Positions 1 through 9,719 of a DNA stretch of 64,000 bases are shown one piece after another. The stretch covers positions 1,408,001 through 1,472,000 of the forward strand of contig CAWJET010000001.1 in NCBI GenBank assembly GCA_963842085.1, in the 5' to 3' direction. The position numbers and the translations under genes were made by a program. Source of the DNA: an uncultured delta proteobacterium (GTDB lineage Bacteria; Desulfobacterota; Binatia; Binatales; Binataceae). Below the pieces are notes generated by a model that was given only the letters and a program-made list of their open reading frames with translations, did not search any database and was not told the origin of the DNA. Position 1 is the first letter of the stretch; every line of letters begins with the position of its first letter.

Positions 1-168
1 CTCGTCGCTCGCGCGATTCGGCCCCAGCCTGCGTCCGCCCTCTCCCCACGGCGGCTCGACCTTGACGACGTCGGCGCCCATGTCCGCCAGCAGCTTCGTG
101 GCGTAAGGCCCCGCAATGAAGTGAGTGAGATCGACGACGCGAACGTCGCTCAGTGCACGGTATCGCAT
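1..168 (-). CDS. CaiB/BaiF family III CoA-transferase, N-terminal part (runs off window)
   Basis: Manual translation [40 protein letters not shown] is the typical family III N-terminus; not in the ORF track because it is truncated. Confidence 0.9.
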   Translation of the reverse strand, partial: MRYRALSDVRVVDLTHFIAGPYATKLLADMGADVVKVEPPWGEGGRRLGPNRASDE

Positions 169-170
169 CG

Positions 171-680
171 TCAGCGCGGCCCGCGTTCGATAGCGTCGAT
201 CATGCGCCGGTAGTTCTGTTCCGCCAGCGGCATGTGTACGATTTCAAACTTCATTCGATCAGGTCCCAGAAAATAAAGTGCGTAGTAACCGCCCGGTCCG
301 AACGGGAACTCGCCCGGACCGTCGAGAATCTCCGCGCCGAGCGAACGCACCAGCTCGAACGCCTCATCGACCTGCTGGTGCCGCTGGACGTTGAAGGCCA
401 CGTGATGCAGGCCCGGCGCGTAAACTTGGAAGCGATGCTCCGACAGCTCGGGCTTCGCCTGCCAGATGTTGAACGCGGTCCCGTTGGACTCATTGAGATT
501 GACCGTGAGCCGGCCGCCAGTCCGCGTATCCTGAAAAATTCCGCCGACCGTGTAGCCGAGGAATTTCAGCAGCGGCCCAAAAAATTTCACGGCCTCGGGC
601 AAATCGCGGACGGTGATCGAGACGTGATTGATCGATCCATGAAGATCGGGTTTGGGGAGTGGCAGCGTGCGTTCCGGCAT
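171..680 (-). CDS. VOC/glyoxalase family protein
   Basis: [35 protein letters not shown] motifs. Confidence 0.85.
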   Translation of the reverse strand: MPERTLPLPKPDLHGSINHVSITVRDLPEAVKFFGPLLKFLGYTVGGIFQDTRTGGRLTVNLNESNGTAFNIWQAKPELSEHRFQVYAPGLHHVAFNVQRHQQVDEAFELVRSLGAEILDGPGEFPFGPGGYYALYFLGPDRMKFEIVHMPLAEQNYRRMIDAIERGPR

Positions 681-784
681 CGGTCGAATTCAGCGTATCG
701 AGGCGAAGCTGTCAAATGAATCTTGCCGCCGCTGAGTATCCCGCGGCGCTGATGGGCTCGATCAACCGCTAACGTCGCCGCAAG

Positions 785-1408
785 CTAGACCTTCGGCACT
801 TCCATGCCCTTCTTCACGGCCGGGCGCGCGCCGACCGCCGCGATCCATCGCCCGACGTTCGCACTCTCGCCTACCACGTGGGGTTTCACGGCTTTGATCG
901 CGGGGAAGCCGACGACGAGCCACGGGTAGGTCGCAATGTCCGCGATCGAGTAGTCGCCCGCGATGTACTCGGTATTCGCCAGCTGATTGTCGAGTACCTT
1001 GATCAGCCGAGCCGACTCGTTGGCGTAGCGATCGATCGCGTATGGAATTTTTTCAGGCGCCGCGTTGACGAAATGGCCCGCCTGTCCGAAGATCGGACCG
1101 ACATTTGCCATCTGCCAGAACAGCCATTCGAGCACTTTCGCGCGCCCCGGATTTTTGGCCGGGAAGAACTTGCCGGTCTTCTCCGCCAGATGCACGAGTA
1201 TCGCGCCCGACTCGAAGATCGAGACGCCTGCATCGTGATCGACGATCGCGGGAATCTTGCTGTTCGGGCAAATCTTTACGTAGTCGGGCTTGAACTGGTC
1301 GCCGTTGCGGATGTTGACCGGATGCACTGAGTACTCGAGGCCGCACTCATCGAGCATGATTGCGGGCTTGCGGCCGTTGGGCGTGGTCCAGCTGTAGAGA
1401 TCGATCAT
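785..1408 (-). CDS. Glutathione S-transferase / GSH-dependent disulfide oxidoreductase (YfcG-like)
   Basis: MIDLYSWTTPNGRK, PNSKIPAI, FESGAIL, YSIADIA; start moved to the ATG at 1408 behind GAAGGA. Confidence 0.9.
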   Translation of the reverse strand: MIDLYSWTTPNGRKPAIMLDECGLEYSVHPVNIRNGDQFKPDYVKICPNSKIPAIVDHDAGVSIFESGAILVHLAEKTGKFFPAKNPGRAKVLEWLFWQMANVGPIFGQAGHFVNAAPEKIPYAIDRYANESARLIKVLDNQLANTEYIAGDYSIADIATYPWLVVGFPAIKAVKPHVVGESANVGRWIAAVGARPAVKKGMEVPKV

Positions 1409-1549
1409 CGCAATAATTCCTTCGTGGCGAGGGTGATTACTCGTTGCTATCACACTGCCTGATCTCAGCCCACCGCGTTTCTGTTGCGCACGAGTTCGAA
1501 GCAGAGGCAGAATCCTGAATCGCGCGCGAAATAGCGCGCTGGATAACGA

Positions 1550-1584
1550 CCCTCACCTTCATCCTCTCCCTTGCCGGGAGAGGG
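1550..1584. repeat. Short REP-like palindromic element (CCCTCACC...CCTCTCCC ttgcc GGGAGAGG)
   Basis: 8-bp stem CCTCTCCC/GGGAGAGG preceded by CCCTCACC, in an intergenic region. Confidence 0.55.
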
Positions 1585-1624
1585 AATGCAGTCCTGAGCG
1601 GTTTCGCTCACGAGGAGAACTACC

Positions 1625-2854
1625 ATGCAAAGTGTTGCCGAAATCGAAGCGAGTCCCGAGGTACAGGACCTGCGCAATCGCGTTTCCGGTTTTCTGAGCG
1701 AGCTGATCTATCCCAACGAGAAAATTCTCGAGCGCGGCGGCGAGGAGTCCTCGCGCGCGATGAAGGCAATCCAGGCCGAGGCGAAAAAACGCGGGCTGTG
1801 GGCGCTCGGCCTGCCCAAAGAGATCGGCGGCGGCGGACTCGAGTTCATGCCTTACGTGTTCGTCAATGAAATCGTCGGGCGCAGCGAGTACGCGATCGCC
1901 GGCCTCGGCACGCATTCCGCGCAGGACGCGACCATGCTGCACCTGTACGGAAATCCCGAACAGAAAAAACGCTGGCTCGCGCCGCTGGTCAACGGCGACA
2001 TCTATCCGAGCTTCTCGATGACAGAACCCGAAGTCTCCGGCGCCGACCCGACCGGATTGCGCACGCGCGCGGTGCAGGACGGCGACGAATGGGTCATCAA
2101 CGGCCACAAGTGGTTCACCAGCGGCGCCAACGTGGCCGCGTTCTCGACCGTGATGTGCGTGACCGAGCCCGACGCGCCCGCGCACGAGCGCTTCAGCATG
2201 ATCGTCGTCCCGACCGACACCAAGGGCTACCAGATCGCGCGCATCGTGCCCGTGATGGGCGAGACCTCGGGCGGGCATTGCGAGATCAAATACACCGACG
2301 TGCGCGTGCCGCTGACCAACCTGCTCGGTCCGCGCGGGCAGGCGTTCAAGATCGCGCAGAAGCGGCTCGGCCCCGGCCGCATCTACCATTGCATGCGATG
2401 GCTGGGGCAGGCGCAGCGCGCGTTCGAGCTGATGGTGGAGCGGGCGATCAATCGCCACGCGTTCGGCGGTCCGCTCTCCGACAAGCAAACGATTCAAAAC
2501 TGGATTGCCGATTCGGCCGCCGAGATCCAGGCCGCGCGATTGCTCACGCTCAACGCGGCGGCGAAGATCGACGCCGGCGACGAGGCGCGCGTCGAGATAT
2601 CGCTGATCAAGTTCTTCGGCGCCAAGGTGCTGCACGACGTTATCGATCGCGCGATCCAGGTGCACGGCGCGATGGGCGTGTCGGAGGACACGCCGCTGGC
2701 CCGGATGTACCGTCACGCGCGCTTCGCGCGCATCTACGACGGACCCGACGAAGTGCATCGGATGGTGGTATCGCGGCGAATCGTCAGCGAGTTCAAGAAG
2801 GGCCGCAAGTGGGACTTCGGCCGCGGCATCGCGACCGACGGAAAGAAAAACTGA
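1625..2854 (+). CDS. Acyl-CoA dehydrogenase
   Basis: FSMTEPE, WVINGHKWFTS, QVHGAMG, RIYDGPDEVH; SD GAGGAG upstream. Confidence 0.95.
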   Translation: MQSVAEIEASPEVQDLRNRVSGFLSELIYPNEKILERGGEESSRAMKAIQAEAKKRGLWALGLPKEIGGGGLEFMPYVFVNEIVGRSEYAIAGLGTHSAQDATMLHLYGNPEQKKRWLAPLVNGDIYPSFSMTEPEVSGADPTGLRTRAVQDGDEWVINGHKWFTSGANVAAFSTVMCVTEPDAPAHERFSMIVVPTDTKGYQIARIVPVMGETSGGHCEIKYTDVRVPLTNLLGPRGQAFKIAQKRLGPGRIYHCMRWLGQAQRAFELMVERAINRHAFGGPLSDKQTIQNWIADSAAEIQAARLLTLNAAAKIDAGDEARVEISLIKFFGAKVLHDVIDRAIQVHGAMGVSEDTPLARMYRHARFARIYDGPDEVHRMVVSRRIVSEFKKGRKWDFGRGIATDGKKN

Positions 2855-2875
2855 CTCTGACGGTTAGCGCGATCG

Positions 2876-3235
<360 letters not shown>

Positions 3236-3357
3236 TCAGACTGGCCGCGCGGGACATATGCCGGCCTCCGCCCCATCCTCCAATAACCATTCTCTCAAGA
3301 TGCCGATGGTTCAAGTCCCCTGTTTCGGGCTTGCGCCGCGACGGCTCCGCGCGGCGC

Positions 3358-3765
3358 TTACTTGCTGAAAAACACCTCGCGCGCGTGATTGGTATCGTTA
3401 TACTCGCGCACCTCGGCAATCTTGTCGCCGTCGAAGCGGATGTCGAAGTGGTAGCGGTTGTTGTATTTCTTGCCGTTAGCCGCGACGGTATTCGATTCCG
3501 CCTGCACCGCGCATCGATTGCCTTCGCAAATGATGGTCTCGATTTTCAAGCCGAGTCCGCCGGGCATCATCGCCTTGATCACTTTGGCGAGATTGCGCAG
3601 CCCGTCGTGGCCCTTGACCGGCGGTATGCCTTCCATCCGGGTCATAACCTTCCACTCGAAGTCGTTGGCGACCATCGTGGCGAGACGCACCGGATCGGGG
3701 TCTTCAAACTCACTGAGAAAATCTGCGGCTAGTTCCTTTTTTTCGGCTGTATTCATTGGCCTCAC
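3358..3765 (-). CDS. SnoaL/NTF2-like family protein
   Basis: ~135 aa with NGKKYNNRYHF...DGDKIAEVREYNDT C-terminal pattern. Confidence 0.8.
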   Translation of the reverse strand: MRPMNTAEKKELAADFLSEFEDPDPVRLATMVANDFEWKVMTRMEGIPPVKGHDGLRNLAKVIKAMMPGGLGLKIETIICEGNRCAVQAESNTVAANGKKYNNRYHFDIRFDGDKIAEVREYNDTNHAREVFFSK

Positions 3766-3835
3766 TCCTCGCTGGCTACAGACAGATACCTAGTCGATCC
3801 CGCGAGATTGCGCCAACATCCAGCGCAATCGATGA

Positions 3836-3852
3836 CGCAAGCGCGATGCCAA
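3836..3852 (-). promoter_or_regulatory. Putative sigma-54 (-24/-12) promoter
   Basis: Minus strand TTGGCATCGCGCTTGCG matches TGGCAC-N5-TTGC with exact GG-N10-GC spacing; lies upstream of the SnoaL-like gene and glnB. Confidence 0.6.
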
Positions 3853-3956
3853 AGGCCATCGACCATTGCGATGCGCATTGCCGCATCACAATTATAGCTC
3901 GGCTCAGCCTCCGGGATGCTTAACTGGCGGGCGTCCGATTAATTGGCAGGCACTGG

Positions 3957-4571
3957 CTAGGACGCAGCGCTGTCGCTGGGCTTGGGCTGGAACCTGGGCT
4001 CTTCGCCGCGCGACAGGCGCTGGATATTCTCGCGATGACGGAACAGCACCAGCGCCGTCATCAGGATCGCGAGCAGCAAGTAGTGATGCGGCAGGGCCAG
4101 GGCTGCGACCGTCGGCGGCAACGCGATCGCCGCGCCCATCGACGCCAGCGACATGATCCGGCTAATCGCAAAGACCACGGCGAACACCGCGAGCGCGATC
4201 AGAATCACCGTCGGCGAGATCGCGAGCCAGATTCCCAGCGCACAAGCGACGCCTTTGCCGCCGCGAAAGCCGAGAAACACCGACCAGATCGAGCCGATGA
4301 AAGCGGCGAGCGCGGTCCACGCGATTGCCGCCGCCTGAAAGCCAAGGGCTCGCGCGACGATCACCGGAATCGCGCCTTTGAGCGCGTCGCCAACCAGGGT
4401 GATCACGGCGGCACTCGCACCGCCGGCGCGCGCGACGTTGGAGGTCCCGATATTGCCGGAGCCGACCGCGCGCGGATCGAAGCCGCGCACGCGGCCGACG
4501 ATCACGCCGGTCGGAATCGAGCCGATTAGATACGCGCCGAGTATCAGTAGTGTTTCAATCATAGTCGTCAC
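3957..4571 (-). CDS. plsY: Glycerol-3-phosphate acyltransferase PlsY
   Basis: YLIGSIP, GSGNIGTSNVAR, GGKGVA, RHRENI motifs; hydrophobic. Confidence 0.93.
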   Translation of the reverse strand: MTTMIETLLILGAYLIGSIPTGVIVGRVRGFDPRAVGSGNIGTSNVARAGGASAAVITLVGDALKGAIPVIVARALGFQAAAIAWTALAAFIGSIWSVFLGFRGGKGVACALGIWLAISPTVILIALAVFAVVFAISRIMSLASMGAAIALPPTVAALALPHHYLLLAILMTALVLFRHRENIQRLSRGEEPRFQPKPSDSAAS

Positions 4572-4611
4572 ACCGAGAGTCTGCGAGTTTTTTCAGCCGG
4601 CACGCAGCTCG

Positions 4612-4911
4612 TGTCATCCTGACGAGGCGAGCGACGCGAGCGGATGGAAGGATCTCGGATAGCGGCGCGCGCTTGTTTGTCATCCTGACGAAGCGAGCAT
4701 CGCGAGCGGATGGAAGGATCTCGGACAGCGGCGTGTAAGCGCCGCCGGTTCCGGTTTTGCGTCGCTGCATCCGATCAGAATCCGCAGCCTTGCGTGACGA
4801 CATCGGCAAAGGACCGCTTCGCGATTTCAAAACCGGTGCCGGCTTCGCTGGCGCGAAGCGGTCCGAGATCCTTCACTGCGCTCGCGTTGCTCGCTTCGCT
4901 CAGGATGACAA
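4612..4911. repeat. Cluster of REP/MITE-like TGTCATCCTGA...GAAGGATCTCGGA elements (direct copies 4612-4667 and 4678-4733, inverted copy 4861-4911)
   Basis: Near-identical ~55-bp units read directly; the inverted copy makes a long inverted repeat. Confidence 0.85.
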
Positions 4912-5019
4912 CTAATGCCGGCAGTGCAGATGTGCGCTGAAAAAAATTCACAGACTCTGAGGCGGGAGCAGGTTTCACAGTCGCACCCGACTTACGAAGG
5001 AGCTTCACTGAAAAAGAAA

Positions 5020-5094
5020 TCGGGGTGACTGGATTTGAACCAGCGACTCCTGCGTCCCGAACGCAGTGCTCTGGCCAGGCTGAGCTACACCCCG
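5020..5094 (-). tRNA. tRNA-Pro (anticodon CGG)
   Basis: CGGGGTG acceptor stem, TAGCTCAG D-arm, anticodon arm CTGCG-TTCGGGA-CGCAG, GGTTCAAATCC T-arm; CCA not encoded. Confidence 0.97.
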
Positions 5095-5211
5095 TCTCCG
5101 GTTGAACGTGATCGGGAAAGTACAGACGAGTGGTTATAGCATCCGAGGCGCAACCGCGCGAGTCCGCCGAACTGGCGCGCAATTGGCGTCGCGAAAAAAA
5201 TCGCCGTGGGT

Positions 5212-5820
5212 TCAGAACCGCGGAAGTGCGCTTTCGAGCCATGCACCGATAGGATTTGAGACCATGCGCGGCGACGGATGATAGCGATAATGATGCCACC
5301 TGGATCGGACGTATGCATGCCGGGGGTGGTATGAAATGTAGCTCAAACGCGGACGTTCGGCGGCGACGGAGCTTTCAGCGTATGCCGGCGTGCTTCTCGC
5401 AGTTGGCGTCACCTGCACTCTGCCGACGCCCTTCCCGGTCAACCCGATTTCGCGCGCTGCGCCGTGTGACAGGTCAAGTGAGCGGCCGCACACGAACGGG
5501 CCGCGATCGTTGATTCGAACCACCACCGACCTGCCGGTATCGGGGTTCGTCACCCGCACGTGCGAGCCCAGCGGCAGCGTGGTGGACGCCGCCGTCAAGC
5601 CCTCGGGATTGTAAATCTCGCCGGTGCTGGTAGGCCGTCCCGCGAAGCCGGGCCCGTACCATGAGGCGACTTCGGTGCGCGCCCCGCCATAGTTTCGGGG
5701 CGCGTAGTAGCTTGCTGTCGGCACCGGCTGGAAATTCTGTGAAGAGCATCCACCGATAAGAAACGCCAGCGCGACGAGCGTGACTCCGAGGATCCAGCCA
5801 GGAAATAGTTGCGGTTGCAT
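5212..5820 (-). CDS. rlpA: Septal ring lytic transglycosylase RlpA family lipoprotein
   Basis: Lipobox LIGGC; ASWYGPGF, TLPLGS, VRINDRGPF, DLS motifs. Confidence 0.9.
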   Translation of the reverse strand: MQPQLFPGWILGVTLVALAFLIGGCSSQNFQPVPTASYYAPRNYGGARTEVASWYGPGFAGRPTSTGEIYNPEGLTAASTTLPLGSHVRVTNPDTGRSVVVRINDRGPFVCGRSLDLSHGAAREIGLTGKGVGRVQVTPTARSTPAYAESSVAAERPRLSYISYHPRHAYVRSRWHHYRYHPSPRMVSNPIGAWLESALPRF

Positions 5821-5844
5821 CGCGCGCCGGCCCTGATTTGCAGC

Positions 5845-7254
5845 TTAGCGCCGAATCAACCGCGCGGCAAAGAATCCGTCGAGTCCGCCGACGTCGGGCC
5901 GCGTCCGCATGAATCCTCGCGCATCGATAACGTCTCCAAACCCGCCTCTAACCGCTACCCCGCGATCGATTTCGAAATCAGCGTGACGCGCGAGGAATCC
6001 ATCGACCACGCCTTCACCCTCGGCGGGCGCGATGCTGCAAACCGAGTACACGATTGCACCGCCACGACGCACGAGCGCCGCCGCATTCTCGAGCATCCGC
6101 GATTGTGTCGCCGCCATTCGCGCCGGGTCGGTTGGCTTGAGCCGCCACTTGATCTCCGGATGCTCGCGCAAGGTCCCGATTCCCGTGCACGGCGCGTCGA
6201 GGAGCACGTACTCGAAGCTCGAGGGTGCAAGCGGCGCGGCTGCAGTCAGATCGGCGCAAACAAACTCGATGTTGCGATGCCGCAGTCGGCGCGCCAGGCT
6301 GCGCGCGTTCTTGAGTCCGTTGAAATTGAGATCCACCGCGACCACTCGGCCGCGTTCGCCGACGAGCTCCGCGAGATGCGTCGCCTTGCCGCCCGGCGCC
6401 GCCGCACAATCCACCACCGTTGCATCGGCGCGCGGCGCCAGCATTCGCACGACCATCTGCGACGCCTCGGATTGCGCATGGAACAGGCCCTCGCGATAGG
6501 CGCGCGACTCGAAATTCGGCGCGCCCCTCAGCACGATCGTTTCGGGTGCGCGGCCGGGCGCGCCGATCGCGAAACCGTCGGCGCTCAGTTTCTCGATTAT
6601 CTCCGCGCGGGAGCCGCGCGCGAGATTCAGCCTCAGCACGTTGGGCGCGGCGTCGTTGTTCGCCGCCATCAGGCGCTCGGCACTCGCGACTCCGAACCAA
6701 TCGACGAATCGCTCGACCATCCAGCGCGGATGCGAATACGCAACGGCGAGATAACTTTTCTCGCTTTTTTCACCCCGCTCGCGCGCCGGCATCGGCGCCG
6801 TCTCGCCTTTCGTTGTCGCCCGGCGCATCACTGCGTTGATGAAGCCCGACGCTTTGCGCGCTTCGGGAATTCGTTTAGCCAAACTGACCGCGGTGTTCAC
6901 CACTGCGTGACTCGGAATCCGGTCGAGAAATCGAAGCTGAAAAAGCCCCATTCGCATGATCGCGAGCGCCGCGGGTTGAATCCCGGCGAGTTTGCGCCCG
7001 GTCAGATGGGCCAGCTCATAGTCGAGGCGTCCCTGCCACGCGAGCGTACCGAGAACCAGGCGCGTGATCAGGCGGCGATCGGCAGGCGCAAATTCGGGCA
7101 AGCGCGCGCCCAGCAGAACGTCGGCGTACGCGGACTCCTGGTCAACGCGGTACAGAATCTCGACCGCCGTCAGCCGCGACGCGAGGCCTTCGTCCATCCG
7201 CGTCCGCGAGCTCGATGGTGCGCCGACTTTCACTTTCGCCGGTTCTTCGCTCAT
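5845..7254 (-). CDS. rsmB: 16S rRNA m5C967 methyltransferase RsmB
   Basis: NusB-like N-domain, DCAAAPGGK, DAPCTG, YSVCS, DGFFAA; follows fmt. Confidence 0.95.
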   Translation of the reverse strand: MSEEPAKVKVGAPSSSRTRMDEGLASRLTAVEILYRVDQESAYADVLLGARLPEFAPADRRLITRLVLGTLAWQGRLDYELAHLTGRKLAGIQPAALAIMRMGLFQLRFLDRIPSHAVVNTAVSLAKRIPEARKASGFINAVMRRATTKGETAPMPARERGEKSEKSYLAVAYSHPRWMVERFVDWFGVASAERLMAANNDAAPNVLRLNLARGSRAEIIEKLSADGFAIGAPGRAPETIVLRGAPNFESRAYREGLFHAQSEASQMVVRMLAPRADATVVDCAAAPGGKATHLAELVGERGRVVAVDLNFNGLKNARSLARRLRHRNIEFVCADLTAAAPLAPSSFEYVLLDAPCTGIGTLREHPEIKWRLKPTDPARMAATQSRMLENAAALVRRGGAIVYSVCSIAPAEGEGVVDGFLARHADFEIDRGVAVRGGFGDVIDARGFMRTRPDVGGLDGFFAARLIRR

Positions 7255-8201
7255 CGGCCGAATCGCGCGCCCGCTTCCACGCGTTTGCCGCGAAGGAAAT
7301 CAGCCGCCGAAATTCTCTTTCGTCCCGGTGCCTGCACCTCGACGAGCCTGAGTCGTCCGATGCCGCACTGGACAACGGGATTCGGCTTCACGCTGACAAT
7401 CGTGCCGGGAGAACCGTTTGAGGCCGCGTCCTCGACCGCCGCGCGCCAGATGAGAACTTCGTCACGACCCAAACGGGTGCGCGCCACCGGCCACGGATCG
7501 TACGCGCGCGTCATCCGTTCGATCTGCACGGCGGTCGCAGTCCAGTCGATCACCGCATCCTTCTTTTCGACCTGCGCCGTGTAGGTCGCGAGCGATTCGT
7601 CCTGCGGCGTTTCGACCAGCGCGCCGCGCGCGGTGAGATCGATCGCCTCGAGCATCGCGGCCGCACCAAGCTCCGCGAGCTTCGCCTTCAGCGTCCCCTG
7701 CGTGTCGCTCGGCTCGATCGGAATCTTGCGCTGCAAATACATCGGGCCGGCGTCCATCCGCTCGACGATCCGCATGATCGTGACTCCTGTTTCGGCATCG
7801 CCCGCCAGGATCGAGCCTTCGACCGGGGCAGCGCCACGATGCCGCGGCAATAGCGATGCGTGCACGTTCATCGGCGCGATCCGTGCAACGTCGAGAACCG
7901 AGTTCGGCAAAATTCGCCCGTAAGCGGCCACCACCAGGAGGTCGGGTTCGAATGCTTTCAGCTCGTTCAGGAATTCAGGCGTCCGGATTTTGATCGGCTT
8001 CAGCGTGGGAATTTTGCGACTCGCCGCAACCGCACCGACTTCGCTCGGCTCCGTGCCGAGCCCGCGCCCGCGCGGACGATCGGGACGCGTGACTACACCG
8101 ACGACTCTGAACTTGGCTCCAGAAGCTGCCAGCAGCCGTTCCAGGATATGGGCCGCCAAGGCCGGCGTGCCCATGAAGACGATCTTTAGTGTCTCGGCGA
8201 T
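7251..8201 (-). CDS. fmt: Methionyl-tRNA formyltransferase (start codon uncertain)
   Basis: KIVFMGTP, VVAAYGRIL, NVHASLLP, MDAG; conserved N-terminus extends upstream of the first ATG (8174). Confidence 0.95.
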   Translation of the reverse strand: MAETLKIVFMGTPALAAHILERLLAASGAKFRVVGVVTRPDRPRGRGLGTEPSEVGAVAASRKIPTLKPIKIRTPEFLNELKAFEPDLLVVAAYGRILPNSVLDVARIAPMNVHASLLPRHRGAAPVEGSILAGDAETGVTIMRIVERMDAGPMYLQRKIPIEPSDTQGTLKAKLAELGAAAMLEAIDLTARGALVETPQDESLATYTAQVEKKDAVIDWTATAVQIERMTRAYDPWPVARTRLGRDEVLIWRAAVEDAASNGSPGTIVSVKPNPVVQCGIGRLRLVEVQAPGRKRISAADFLRGKRVEAGARFGR

Positions 8202-8202
8202 T

Positions 8203-8745
8203 TTAGATCCGCACCGTGGAGGGTCGCGCGTCGTCAGCTTTTCCCTCCTTGATTAGCTTCTTCAGTTTGCGCTTGTAGAGTTCGCGCTTGATTCGGCTGA
8301 TGCGGTCGATAAAGAGCTTGCCGTCCAGATGATCGATCTCGTGCTGCAACGCCACCGCGAGCAACTCGTCGGCTTCGATCTCGATCTCTTTCTCGTCGGG
8401 CGTCCACGCGCGCACCAGCACATGCGCCGCGCGCTCGACGTCGGCCGTGTAATCGATCACCGACAGGCATCCCTCTTCCCATACGATCTTGCCTTCAGCC
8501 TCGACGACCTGGGGATTGATGAGTTTCAGCAGATGCTTGCCGGGCTGCTCGTGATCGGTGTCGAGCACTATAATCCGCTTCGACTCACCCACCTGCGGTG
8601 CGGCAAGACCCACGCCCGGCGCGGCGTACATGGTCTGCACCATGCTGTCGATCAGCCCTTCGACATTGCCGTTGATATTCCTGACCGGGGCGGCCGGCTG
8701 TTTGAGCGAGTCGTCGGGAAATCTGCGAATTTTCAGCAGCGCCAT
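8203..8745 (-). CDS. def: Peptide deformylase
   Basis: GVGLAAPQ, EGCLS, QHEIDHLDG; start MALLKIRRFPD. Confidence 0.97.
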   Translation of the reverse strand: MALLKIRRFPDDSLKQPAAPVRNINGNVEGLIDSMVQTMYAAPGVGLAAPQVGESKRIIVLDTDHEQPGKHLLKLINPQVVEAEGKIVWEEGCLSVIDYTADVERAAHVLVRAWTPDEKEIEIEADELLAVALQHEIDHLDGKLFIDRISRIKRELYKRKLKKLIKEGKADDARPSTVRI

Positions 8746-8770
8746 CTCGAATACCGATTTTACAAATCTA

Positions 8771-9715
8771 TCAAAGGGTGATTGGCCCGGCGAGTCCGAG
8801 CGGAGCGAGAAACGATTCGACCGCGCGAATGCACTCGGCGGGACGCTCGATTTGAAGAAAGTGCGTCGTGCCCGGGATCGCTTCGTACGGCAGCCCGAGC
8901 TCTTCGGCCATCGCGCGGCCAATCAACGCCGGCGGCATCACTTCGTCGAGCGTCGGATCTCCGCACACGAGTTTCACCGGCACCGGGCAATGCGCCATCT
9001 GCGGCCAAAGATCGGGATTCGCGCCGCTGGAGAAGACCTGCGCCTCGTATTCGCGCGGACACGCGAGAATCCAGTCGCCGCTCGCGCGATCGTGCCGCAG
9101 CGTCGCCCGCGCCATCAGCTCGTACGCCTCAGGCACCCATCGCTTGAAGCGCCTGCGGAACTGCTTCGCCAGTTCCATCGGATCCTTGTAACGCTCGGGG
9201 CGCCGCGCCGCGCGCGAAGCGAGCGACTCCTTGTCGGATTGCTGCAGGTTGCGGACCGGATGCCCTTCGCGCGGATAGACCGGCGGATCGAACAGCACCA
9301 GCGCGTCGAATCGACGGCCGTACTTGAGCGCGTGCATTGCGGCCGTGACGCCCGACAAGGAATGGAACAGGCCGGCGGCAGGCTTCGCGCCAAGCTCGCG
9401 ATTGATCGCGTGCCAGACGACGTCCATGTCGGCGACGAAGTTCTGCCACGTATGCCCCGCCGCAGTATGCAGCGGATTGTGCCCGTGGTTGCGGAAGTCG
9501 AAGACGATCACTTCGTAGCGCTCGCGCAGCGGCCCCCAGAATGGAAAGTAGCCGTCGATCGCGAGCCCATTGCCGTGACTGAGCACGAGGCGCGGCGCGC
9601 CGGGGATACCGTGCTGGTGAACGTGGATCGTCGCGCCGTCGTGCATCTTCACGTCGAAGGCGTGACGCGCGCGCGGCACATGATGCGTCGGGCGATGTTC
9701 GTTCGTCTCGTTCAT
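8771..9715 (-). CDS. Alpha/beta fold hydrolase
   Basis: HGNG oxyanion motif, DFRNHG, HSLSG nucleophile elbow, C-terminal THF His. Confidence 0.85.
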   Translation of the reverse strand: MNETNEHRPTHHVPRARHAFDVKMHDGATIHVHQHGIPGAPRLVLSHGNGLAIDGYFPFWGPLRERYEVIVFDFRNHGHNPLHTAAGHTWQNFVADMDVVWHAINRELGAKPAAGLFHSLSGVTAAMHALKYGRRFDALVLFDPPVYPREGHPVRNLQQSDKESLASRAARRPERYKDPMELAKQFRRRFKRWVPEAYELMARATLRHDRASGDWILACPREYEAQVFSSGANPDLWPQMAHCPVPVKLVCGDPTLDEVMPPALIGRAMAEELGLPYEAIPGTTHFLQIERPAECIRAVESFLAPLGLAGPITL

Positions 9716-9719
9716 TCGT

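Noticed and set aside
4612-4911. Repeats as a CRISPR array
   Set aside because: Only 2 direct copies plus an inverted one, no regular unique spacers, no cas genes
4920-5100. tRNA-Pro as integration site of an island or prophage
   Set aside because: No integrase, no duplicated tRNA 3' end seen, and core genes (plsY, rlpA) flank it
5809-7584. Long antisense and alternate-frame ORFs (e.g. 5809-7584, 17864-19501, 21075-22568, 38088-39512)
   Set aside because: Shadow ORFs opposite well-supported genes, expected in high-GC DNA; no recognisable motifs
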